Origin: an uncultured Gemmatimonadaceae bacterium
GTDB taxonomy: Bacteria > Gemmatimonadota > Gemmatimonadetes > Gemmatimonadales > Gemmatimonadaceae
Assembly (NCBI GenBank): GCA_963822945.1
Contig: CAWGJO010000014.1
Span: 1 to 64,000 of the forward strand
Length of the DNA: 64,000 nt
Direction of reading: 5' to 3'
Below, piece by piece: positions 1 to 9,609 of the stretch. Below the pieces are notes generated by a model. It made no database searches. It saw only the letters and a program-made list of their open reading frames with translations, and was not told the origin of the DNA. Position numbers and translations under genes: made by a program. The stretch's first letter is position 1, and each line of letters starts with the position of its first letter.

Positions 1-738
1 CCGGGCGTGGACGGCGCGGTGACGTCGGCGCCGCCCTGGGTCTCGAAGCGGACCGAGTCGATGTCGCCGACGAAGTAGTGCACGTCACGTCGGCGGGTTG
101 CACGAGGTCTTGCCGCCGATGCTCAGCGGTGCCGTGTTGGCGATGTTGCCCACGACACCGACGTTGCCGCCGCAGGCGCCGTCGATGTACATGGCCACGC
201 TGTCCCCCGGCGCTCGCAGCGGACGGTGTGCCACTCGCCGTCGCTCGGTTCGCCCGGCGGTCACGCCGCGTCGGCCGCCGTCACCCGAGCGGAAGAGGCA
301 TTCGGGCACGCCGACGGGGATCTGCATCTTGGAGTAGCCGCCGGCGGTGCCGGACTGGCCCTTCTGGATGATGTTGCCGAGCTGCGGGTCGTCCGGTAGC
401 GGATGTGAACGCGGAGTCGGCGGAGCCGGGGTTCAGTCGGTCGTCGTCGGCGACGTGGTGACCTGCCGGATCTTCGGCCCGTTGGCAAGGTTCGACCAGC
501 GGTGGACCGGTGAGCGCCGTCGTAGGTCGCGCCGGTGGCGATCTCGGAGCCGATGGTGCCGTTGACCCGTGCCGGAGCTGTCCACCAGCGTGGTGGCGCC
601 CGCGGCTCGTTCATCTGGTAGTCCGCGACCGTCACGTCGGCGGCTGCTCCCGCAGTGGAGGGCAGCCCGAGGACCACGAGCACCACCGCCGAGGCCGCCA
701 TCATCGACAGGAAAATGCACCCGCCGCGTGGTCTCCAT
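1..738 (-). CDS. Secreted LamG/concanavalin-like domain protein (frameshifted, runs off the window start)
   Basis: Stitched frames give a signal peptide (MMAASAVVLVVLGLPSTAGAAA), then ADYQMNEP..TTLVDSSG..NGTIG, MYIDG..GNIANTAPLSIGGK and YFVGDIDSV, which is a typical LamG pattern. Several indels. Confidence 0.55.
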
Positions 739-951
739 GAACCCTCCACCTCGCCTTGATCGTCCGCCCGGACGTCGCCACGCGGGTCGTGCCCAGCGCC
801 GTGTGCGTCGTCGGAAGTGGGAAGGTACGACATCGCCGGTACCGCCGCTAAAGGCAATTCTCGGGCGATCACGGCCTGTTCGGCGGTGACCTCGGCCCTG
901 TCGCGTCGCCGACCGAAGTTCGTACGGTTCCTGCATCGGACAGGAGGCCTC

Positions 952-1265
952 ATGGTGGACGACGACCGCAGCAGCACCGAGCCGAGCACCGACCCGGTGG
1001 TCGGCACGCTCAGCGCACCCATGCCACCGGCGCAGCGCGTGGACACCTCGATCGCCGACGGCGACATGTGCTCGCGGTCGTCAAGGGCGCGGCGGTGGGC
1101 ATCCCCTTCGTCTTCGCGGTGCTCTTCGTGATCGACCTGATCGCCGGGCTGGACGTGCGGATGGCGGCGCTCGGCACGTCGATCCCGGCAGTGATCTTCG
1201 GTGCGTTCATCGGCGCGGCCGTGATCGGTCGGGCATCCGACGCGGCGGCCGCCCGCACCCACTGA
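952..1265 (+). CDS. Small membrane protein with two TM helices (one frameshift)
   Basis: GGAGG RBS before the ATG at 952; hydrophobic C-terminal half (AVGIPFVFAVLFVIDLIAGL..IPAVIFGAFIGAAVIG). Confidence 0.5.
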
Positions 1266-1281
1266 CCTTCGCAGCAGGTCG

Positions 1282-1306
1282 CCGCCGCGCCGGAGCGGCG
1301 CGGTGG
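1282..1306 (+). terminator. GC-rich hairpin after the small membrane protein gene
   Basis: CCGCCGCGCCG-GAG-CGGCGCGGTGG, an 11-bp stem with one G-U pair and no U-tract. Confidence 0.4.
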
Positions 1307-1359
1307 ATAGGCGGCGCATCGCCAGGGTGCTCGACAACCGAATGACGGTCTATGTTCAG

Positions 1360-2034
1360 CTGATCGGTCGCAGGCCGGCGTCGGCTTCGGACGGACACGT
1401 GAGCAGCTGCTCGCGGCAGCGATGAAGGTCGTCCGCGCGCGGGCTACAACGGCACCCGTGTGGCCGAGATCGCCCGATGACGGGCATGACGACCGGCGCC
1501 ATCTACAACCAGCTTCGACTCGAAGGCGGCCTGCTGACCTCGCCATCCAGGACCACGGGCCCGGGGCGTTCACGGAGCTGGTCGACACCACGCCCGGTGC
1601 GTCGGTCATCGACGTCTCCGTGAGCTGGAGTCCACACCTCCCGGAACAGGCCGACCAGATCAGCCCGCGCTGATCGAGATCATCGTCGGACGCGGCGCGA
1701 CGAGGACGTCGCCAAGGCGCTCACCGTGTCGGTCTCGCACAGCGAGCAGCAACGAGCCACGACCTGATGGGCCGGGCCAGGGCGCCGGCGTCGGTGGACA
1801 GCGACCCTGGACGCCCAGGCGCTGTCGCGGCTACCACGATGATCGCCTTCGGCTCGATGGTCGCCAGCGCCCTGGGCCTCAGCCCATCGACGCCGACGAC
1901 TGCGGCCGCGTGCTCGACCGCCTGCTCCGTGCCGTGCAGCCCGACCCAGCTGGACCGACCGACCTCACCGAGCCGGCCGCGACGGCCGGGACGACCGACG
2001 ACGCCATCGAACCGACACAGGGGGACCCCCATGA
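1360..2034 (+). CDS. TetR/AcrR family regulator (heavily frameshifted, ends approximate)
   Basis: Stitched frames give EQLLAAAMKVVRARGYNGTRVAEIA..GMTTGAIYNQ, a TetR HTH. Confidence 0.6.
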
Positions 2035-3125
2035 CATCACCGACGTCGAACGCACCCGAGAACATCGTGATCGACCGCGACGACTCGACGGGTCGTGCAC
2101 GAGATCGAGTTGACAGCGACGTGCTGTTGACGTGGGACTACACCGCGCAGCCGCGCCGGCGCTGGTCAAGCTCTACGAGAAGGCCAAGACGTCGCAGTGG
2201 AACGGCGTCGACCGACCTCGACTGGTCCATCGTGGTCGACTGGGAGCAGCTCGGCACCGAGGAGCGGCCGCGGTCAACCCGCTTCGACGTCTGTCGACCG
2301 CACCCAACTCGCCGTGTCGAAGGGCTGGGACGAGAGCCAGTGGGCGCAGTTCTCGACCGCGAGATGCAGAAGTCGATGATGTCGCAGTTCCTCCACGGCG
2401 AGCAGGGGGCGCTCGTCGTGCACCGGGCTGATCACCGCGACCGTGCCGTGGATCGACGCCAAGTACTACGCGGCGACCCAGGTGATGGACGAGGCCCGCC
2501 ACGTCGAGGTGTTCGCCCGCTACCTCGAGGAGAAGCTCCGGCACCTACCCGATCAACCAGCAGCTCGGCGGCCTTCTCGACGACATCATCACCGACGGGC
2601 GCTGGGACATCACCTACCTCGGCATGCAGATCATGGTCGAGGGGCTCGCGCTCGCGGCCTTCGGCTTCATGCACATGCTCACCACCGAGCCGTTGCTCAA
2701 GAAGCTGCTGCGCTACGTCATGAGCGACGAGGCCCGCCACGTGGCGTTCGGGGTGCTGTCGTTGCAGGAGTACTACCAAGGGCTGAACAACGCGGAGATC
2801 CACGAGCGCCAGGAGTTCGCGTTCGAGTCGGCGGTGCAGCTGCAGCAGCGGTTCATGGGCCGCAAGACGTTGGAGCGTGCGGCGCCGACGCCGATGCGGA
2901 TGTCCGCCTGCCTCGACGACGACAACGACCCGGCCAACGACGTGTTCCAGACGATGCTGTTCTCGAAGATCGTGCCGAACTGCAAGAAGCTGGGCCTCCT
3001 CGACGCGGGCGACGGCTGGCTGCGCCAGCGCTTCACCGAGCTGGGGATCATCCAGTTCGAGGACTGGACCGACACGACCGACGAGTACGAATCGCTCGAC
3101 GCGTCGGGCCGACGCCGCCGGCTGA
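2031..3125 (+). CDS. Ferritin-like diiron protein, AurF-like (frameshifted)
   Basis: Motifs [28 protein letters not shown] and MSDEARH give the E..ExxH..E..ExxH diiron ligand set; N-terminal [13 protein letters not shown]. Confidence 0.8.
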
Positions 3126-3169
3126 ACCGCCATCAAGTGACCGACATCGACCGACACAGGGTACAGAAC

Positions 3170-4519
3170 GTGAGCGACACCATGGAGACACCGACGGCCA
3201 GGACGAGGTCATCGACGAGCTGCGCGACCTGGCTGGGCGACGAACTGGGATCCCGACCTACCGTCGGCGAGTGGTGGGAGCGGCTCGGCCTCGCCGGGTG
3301 GGCGGCGCCGGCGCTGCCCACCAACGCCTACGGGCGCGGGTCTGGCGCGCAACGACGCGGTCCGGGTGCAGACGAGATCGCCGAGTTCGGCGCGCTCGGC
3401 GCGCCCGGTGGGCCTGGGGCTGCTGCTGGCCGCGCCGACGATCGCCACCCACGGCACCCAGGAGCAGATCGACCTGCTACGTGCGCGACATCGTCACCGG
3501 CGCCAAGGCCTGGTGCCAGCTCTTCAGCGAGCCGGGCGCCGGCTCCGACCTGGCCGGGCTCACCTGCCGGGCCGAGCAGGACGGCGACGAGTGGATCGTC
3601 AACGGTCAGAAGGTCTGGACGTCGCTCGGCCACGTCGCCGACCTGGGCATGCTCATCGCCCGCACCGACCCCGACGTGCCCAAGCACCAGGGCATCACCT
3701 ACTTCGCGCTCGACATGCACCAGCCCGGCATCGAGGTCCGGCCGCTGCGTCGAGATGACCGGCCACGCCATGTTCAACGAGGTGTTCCTCACCGACGGCC
3801 GGGTGTCGCGACGACGCGATCATCGGCGGGCGCAACAACGGCTGGGCGGTCGCCAACACCACGCTCGATGCACGAGCGGGCCGGCCTCGGGTCGCGGCGG
3901 CGGCTCGGCTGCGGCGGGCACGGCGACGCCCGGGCACGGTCGCCGGCCAGCTCGGCCGAGCGGGCCGGCGACTTCGTCGCCGCAGAGCGCCGCGAAGCGC
4001 AGCGGCGGCGCGGTCGCGGCCGGCGCGGGCGGCGGTCGGCGGCAGCGCCAAGATGCTGATCGACCTGGCCAAGGGCAACGGCAAGCATCGACGACCCGAC
4101 GATCCGCCAGGACCTGATGCGGCTGCACACCCTCGGCGAGATCGGCCGCTTCAACAACCTGCGCCTGAAGGCGGCCAAGAAGGCCGGCCAGCGACATCCC
4201 CGGCATGGCGAACATCTCCAAGCTGTCGATGAGCGACATCGTGCGCCTGCAGCGCGACCTCGGCCTGCGCATCGTCGGCGCCGCGGGCATGCTGCACGCC
4301 TACGACCGACGACGCAGCGGCCGGCGATCGACGACGGCCACCGGCAACCCGTTCCGGCCGATGGTCACCGGCATGGCGCTGTTCGCCCAGGCGCCGCCGA
4401 TCTACGGCGGCACCGACCAGATCCAGCGCAACATCATCGGCGAGCGGGTGCTCGGGCTCCCCAAGGAGCCGAACGACGACAAGACCGTGCCGTTCTCCGA
4501 GCTCCCCAAGAACGCCTGA
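3170..4519 (+). CDS. Acyl-CoA dehydrogenase, FadE-like (frameshifted)
   Basis: [36 protein letters not shown] and [24 protein letters not shown]. Confidence 0.9.
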
Positions 4520-4525
4520 GCGGCG

Positions 4526-5029
4526 TCACCAGCCGAGCGTGCCGGGTCCGCCCTTGAACGGGCCGACGACCCAGGAGCTGACCCAGCCGCCGTAGAAGTC
4601 CCCGTCGTTGGCCTGCGACGTGCTCGCCGTCGACGAAGCACGCGTCCAACTGCTGCGGGTAGAACGCAGGTGGTCGCGGATCGCGGCGAACGCGGTGGCT
4701 CGGTCCCGGGTAGGTCCACGCCGCGGCGTGGGCGACCGGCCGTCGCCGACGACCAGTCGAAGTAGGACGCCGCCGCCCTTCCACTCGCAGAACGACCGCG
4801 CGCTCCGACGGGCCGGAGGTGCTCGGTCGCGACGTCGTCCGGCGGCAGGTAGTACGCCGGGGGCTGGCTGGTCTCGAGCACCCGCCAGCGGCGCGGTGTG
4901 TCGGCGATCACGACCCCGCCGGTGCTCGATGCGCAGGCGCCGATCGGCGCGCTCGACCCTCGGGGGGCGGGGATAGTCCCACACCGACTCCTGGCCGGGT
5001 CCGGGCTCGATCCGTTGTGGTCGGCGCAT
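4526..5029 (-). CDS. DUF427 domain protein (frameshifted)
   Basis: ESVWDYPRPP, RVLETSQPPAYYLP, SFCEWKG and DFYGGWVSSWVVGPFKGGPGTLGW. Confidence 0.8.
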   Translation of the reverse strand: MRRPQRIEPGPGQESVWDYPRPPRVERADRRLRIEHRRGRDRRHTAPLAGARDQPAPGVLPAAGRRRDRAPPARRSARSFCEWKGGGVLLRLVVGDGRSPTPRRGPTRDRATAFAAIRDHLRSTRSSWTRASSTASTSQANDGDFYGGWVSSWVVGPFKGGPGTLGW

Positions 5030-5082
5030 GTCCAGGCGACGCTGCGATCGCACGCGGCGACGGATGTCACCACCCGCCTCAT

Positions 5083-5102
5083 CTGAGTGAGCGCTCACTC
5101 AG
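5083..5102. promoter_or_regulatory. Perfect 20-bp palindrome, putative TetR operator
   Basis: CTGAGTGAGCGCTCACTCAG, directly followed by a TACGAT -10 box (5104-5109) and the TetR ATG at 5116. Confidence 0.7.
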
Positions 5103-5115
5103 GTACGATCGCCGC

Positions 5116-5735
5116 ATGACGACACCCGTGGCTCCCGTCGTCGGGCGACGGCCCTGCCCGCCGAGCAGCGGCGCGCGCAGCTGATCGCGACCACCATGCC
5201 GCTGCTGCTGCGAGCACGGCAGTCGGGTCTGACCACCCGCCAGATCGCCGAGGCCGCAGGGATCGCCGAGGGCACGATCTTCCGTGTCTTCCCCGACAAG
5301 GAGCGCTCGTCGCCGGCCGGTCGTCGAGGCAGCGCTCGACCCGACGCACGTTCGAAGCAGGCACCTCGAGCCGAGATCGACCGCGACGCTGCCGCTGCGA
5401 GCGAGCGCCTCGGTCAGCGGTCCGATCTGCTGCAGCAGCGGGTCCCGACGATCGGGGCAGCTCATGACCGCCGGCGGCATCGGCAGCCCGCCGCGGCCAC
5501 GGCGGCGATCGCCGCGACCAGCATCGAGCGCGCTCGCCGGCTGTTCGAGCCCGACCAGGCGGCTCGCGGCGCCCGCCGCGCGACTGCGCCCGGGCGCTCC
5601 GGGCCTGACGATCGCCGGCGCACATCCGGGGCTCTCGCCGGCGACGGAGCCCCGCCCCGACAGAGATCGTGTCGTCGTGCTGCACGGCGTCGACGTGGCG
5701 CGACTGACCGCCGAGGACGAGGACCCACGTGCTGA
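5116..5735 (+). CDS. TetR/AcrR family regulator (frameshifted)
   Basis: EQRRAQLIATTMPLLL..TTRQIAEAAGIAEGTIFRVFPDKE, a TetR HTH. Confidence 0.8.
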
Positions 5736-6815
5736 TCCGACTGCTGCAGGACCTATCTGGTCCGCTATCGCGTGGCTCGCTGCGGTGGTCGTGCTGCAGG
5801 CCGTGCAGACCGCCGCGTGCTGTACCTGCCGGCGCTCAACGCCGACATCATCGACAACGGCGTCGCCACCGGCGACACGGCCTACATCTGGCGGGTCGGC
5901 GCGCGTCATGCTCGGCGTCACCGTGGTCCAGGTGGTGTTCGCCGTCGGGGCGGTGTACTTCGGCGTCCAAGACGGCGATGGGCTTCGGGCGCGACGTGCG
6001 CGGCGGCCTGTTCCACCAGGTCACCGGGCTTCTCCGCCCAGGAGGTCGAGCAGTTCGGCGCCCCGTCGCTGATCACCCGCATCACCAACGACGTGCAGCA
6101 GGTGCAGATGCTGGTGCTCATGACGTGCACGCTGCTGGTCGCGGCGCCGATCATGATCGTCGGCGGCGTCGATCATGGCGGTGCGCGAGGACGGCGCGCT
6201 CTCGCTGCTGCTGCTGGTCAGCATCCCGGTGCTGGTGCTGAGCGTCGGCTCGGTCGTCATCCGCATGGTGCCGCAGTTCCAGGCGATGCAGGACCGCATC
6301 GACTCGGTCAACCAGGTGCTGCGCGAGCAGATCACCGGCATCCGGGTGGTGCGGGCCTTCGTGCGCGAGCCGGACGAGGCGCGACCGGTTCGGCGCGGCC
6401 AACGACCGACCTGACCGACGACCTCGCTGCGGCCGGGCGGCTGATGGCGTTCATGTTCCCGATCGTGATGTGGTGCTCAACCTGTCGAGCGTGGCGGCGA
6501 TCTGGGTCGGCGCCGACGACCGGATCCAGCCGGGCGAGCTGCAGATCGGTGAGCTGGTCGCGTTCCTCAGCTACCTGATCCAGATCCTCATGTCGGTCAT
6601 GATGGCGACGTTCGTCGCGGTCATGGCGCCGCGGCCGTGGTCAGTGCGGATCGCATCAGCGAGGTGCTCGACCTGCCGTCGTCGATCGTCGTCGGCCGAC
6701 CCCGTCACCGACGTCGCCGAGCGGCCCACCCTGGCTTCGACCACGTCGAGTTCTGCTATCCGGGGGCGGAGGAACCGGTGCTGACCGACATCTCCTTCGA
6801 GGTGCGACCCGGCAC
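5729..6815 (+). CDS. ABC exporter, fused permease and ATP-binding subunit; truncated at the start of the NBD and frameshifted
   Basis: [48 protein letters not shown] and [26 protein letters not shown]. The Walker A motif is missing because the sequence switches here. Confidence 0.8.
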
Positions 6816-7184
6816 AACCGGGAACTGCTGCGCGACCGGGAAGCACGGTCTCGCCCGCCTGCACCGCGAGCGGTCGCTGGTCGCGGTCCTGTTCATCGAC
6901 CTCGACGGGTTCAAGTCGGTCAACGACACGTTCGGGCACCAAGCCGGCGACCAGCCTCAGGTGGTCGCCGATCGCCGCATGGTCGAGCCATGCGACCCGG
7001 CGACACGCTGGCCCGCTTCGGTGGCGACGAGTTCGTCGCGGTGTGGGAGGGGCTGCCGGACGCCTGGTGCCGCCGACTACCTTGTCCGGCGCGCCTGCTC
7101 GAGGCCCTGGACGAGCCGGTCCAACTGGCCGGCGGCGAGACCGTCTCGCTGCGCTGCAGCGTCGGCGTCGCCAACACCAACTGA
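6816..7184 (+). other. Orphan GGDEF-domain fragment, probably a chimeric insert
   Basis: [49 protein letters not shown], with no start of its own and no domain C-terminus. Confidence 0.7.
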
Positions 7185-8831
7185 CCTTACGCAGTTTCGG
7201 CCGGCACTCTTTGCCTCGTACAGCGCCCGGTCCGCCGCCCGGAAGAGCCCGTCGCTGGCCCGCACGGCGTCCGGATAGGACGCCACGCCGAACGACGCCG
7301 TCACGGGGATCTCCTCGCCCTTGAACTTGACCGGTCGAGACTCCACGGCATGCCGGAGCCGATCGGCCAGGTCGGCCGCGCCGGCCACCGATGTCTGCGG
7401 CAACAGGATCGCGATCTCCTCGCCACCGTACCTCGCGATCACGTCGACGGTTCGAACACCCTCCGACAGCTTGGCAGCGACCGCGCGCAACACCTCGTCC
7501 CCCGCTTCGTGCCCCCACGTGTCGTTGATGCGTTTGAAGCGATCGATGTCGGCGAGGATCAGCGCCAGGGGCTGTCCGAACCGGTCCGTCTCGTTGAGCA
7601 GGCGCTTGAGATGCTCGTCGAACGCCCGCCGGTTCACGAGGCCGGTGAGGCCGTCCGTGCTGGCCCGCTTGTTCACCGCGTCGATCTCCCACGCCATCTC
7701 CAGCGGCCCGATCGAAACGGCGGCCAGCGCCCCCAGGTTGTCTACCTCGTCCTGCGTGATGTGGCCCGGCTCGAGCGAGGCGACCACGATGGCGCCGAGC
7801 ACGGCTTGCCCCCGCTTGAGCGGCACGATCCCCACCGCCCCGCCCCGCCACCCACCGTCTCCATTGCTCATCAGTCCGACGCGGCGGTCCGTGGCAGACG
7901 TGTCGTCCATGAACGACACCATCCCGGCCTCGCATGCGTTGAACGCCAGCGTGTCGTGGTCCATCTCGTACGGCGCGCCGCGGAACTCGCCCGTCGAGTA
8001 GATCACCCACCCGCGGCTCGGCTCCGTCCGCCACCGAATGAGCGCTGCCGACGAGGCAGACGAGACCTGCAGCGCCGTTTCACAGATCGACGCCGCGAGC
8101 AGGTCCGGGGTCTTCGGCGTCTGGATACGTTGCACGGCGGCCAGCAGCGCCCGGCTCTGACGCATGTGGCGGGCGAACTCCCGCCGGCCCTCGCTGAGCG
8201 CCACCAGCCGGACCACCTGGGCCGCGTAACGCGGCAGCCATTCCTTGACCTTCGACCGGCTAAGCAGCAGGCCGCCCTCGTTGGCCACGGTGAGCACGCC
8301 GATCAAGAGCGCGTCGTCGAACACCGGGGCGGCGGCGAAGTGCGGCGGGGCCACAGCCTCGCCCGCGTCGAGCACGACGAGTTTGCCTTCGGCCGCCCAG
8401 CGAGCGAGCGGCCCCCATTCGGCAAGGTTGAAGTGCTGCGGGCGGTCGGTGCCCGGGGTCGACCAGGCCGTCGGCATCAGTGCGTCCTTGGCCTCGTCCC
8501 AACGCCAGAACACGGCCTCCGAAGCGCCGCATCCATCGCGGATGTCCACGAGCTGGTCAACCAGGTGGGCGGCATCCCGCTCCACCTCCCGGGCGTCGTG
8601 GGTGGCGTTCACGCTGCTTCGCAGGTCGGTGAGCGGGTGCGAGGGGGTCAACAGCCTCCGCCGCCGCGCCGTGGACGCCAGCAGGGTTTCCACGTTCGAG
8701 GTCGTTCCCGGCGCGATGCTCGGCCGCGACGGCTGCCGTCGCGGTGGGCGACGGGCGCGCAGATACTGGTAGACGCTCAACGCCAGCGCTACCGCCCCGC
8801 CGCTCACTGCCACCCATTCCGCAGTCGTCAT
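7180..8831 (-). CDS. Membrane-anchored GAF-GAF-GGDEF diguanylate cyclase (native 3' end uncertain at the junction)
   Basis: N-terminal TM helix, two GAF-like regions, [34 protein letters not shown]-site, RYGGEEI and [14 protein letters not shown]. The ORF runs on to 7077 through foreign sequence. Confidence 0.85.
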
Positions 8832-8859
8832 GGCCCGACCGGACACCCGGTGGACGAAG

Positions 8860-9609
8860 TCAGTCGTGCGTGATCCGGCTGGCGGCTACGGCCGCGCCGA
8901 ATCCGTTGTCGATGTTCACGACGGTCACCCCCGCTGCACAGCTGTTCAGCATGGTAAGCAGAGGAGCCACGCCGCCAAAGGCCGCGCCGTACCCGATGCT
9001 GGTCGGAACAGCGATTACCGGGCGAGCGACCAGCCCCCCCACCACCGACGGCAGGGCGCCATCCATCCCCGCGACGACGATCACCACGGCGGCCGCGGCC
9101 AGTTCCTCACGTCGAGCCAACAGACGATGCAGGCCGGCCACGCCGACATCCGTGATCCGCGCTACGGCATTGCCCAGCGCGGCCGCCGTCACCGCGGCCT
9201 CCTCGGCAACCGGAAGATCGCTGGTGCCCGCGGTGACGATGCATACCGTACCACGCCCGGCCTCGGGGGGGCTCGAGCCGGCCAGGAATGCGGTGCGCGC
9301 CAGCGGGTTTAGTTCGATCCCGGGCAGCGCCTTCCCGAGCCCGTCTGCCGCGTCGGCGCTCAGCCGAGTGGCGAGCACGCCGTCGCCGCGCGCCGCGATG
9401 CGTTCGGCGATCTCGACGATCTGCTCCACCGTCTTTCCCGCGCCGAAGATCACCTCGGGGTATCCCTGACGCAGCGCCCGGTGGTGGTCAACGGTGGCGT
9501 GCCCCAGATCCTCGAACGGTTCGAACGCCAGCGCGTCGATGGCTTGGGCAATGGAGAGCGTGCCATCCGCGACCCGCCCGAGCAGATCGCGGACGCGCCC
9601 ACGCATCAT
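8860..9609 (-). CDS. larB: Nickel-pincer cofactor biosynthesis protein LarB (PurE-like)
   Basis: DHHRALRQGYPEVIFGAGKT, TAGTSDLPVAEEA, DVGVAGLHRL, AGMDGALPSVVGGL, PTSIGYG and NSCAAGVTVVNIDNGFGAA. Confidence 0.9.
   Translation of the reverse strand: MMRGRVRDLLGRVADGTLSIAQAIDALAFEPFEDLGHATVDHHRALRQGYPEVIFGAGKTVEQIVEIAERIAARGDGVLATRLSADAADGLGKALPGIELNPLARTAFLAGSSPPEAGRGTVCIVTAGTSDLPVAEEAAVTAAALGNAVARITDVGVAGLHRLLARREELAAAAVVIVVAGMDGALPSVVGGLVARPVIAVPTSIGYGAAFGGVAPLLTMLNSCAAGVTVVNIDNGFGAAVAASRITHD

Noticed and set aside
2624..4117. Apparent diiron/acyl-CoA dehydrogenase fusion ORFs
   Set aside because: These come from multiple indels; each gene has its own start context and the read-through parts are out-of-frame nonsense.
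1..7184. Decaying genomic island or pseudogene cluster
   Set aside because: There is no integrase, att site or IS, and the protein motifs are well preserved apart from indels. Low-coverage foreign sequence explains it better.
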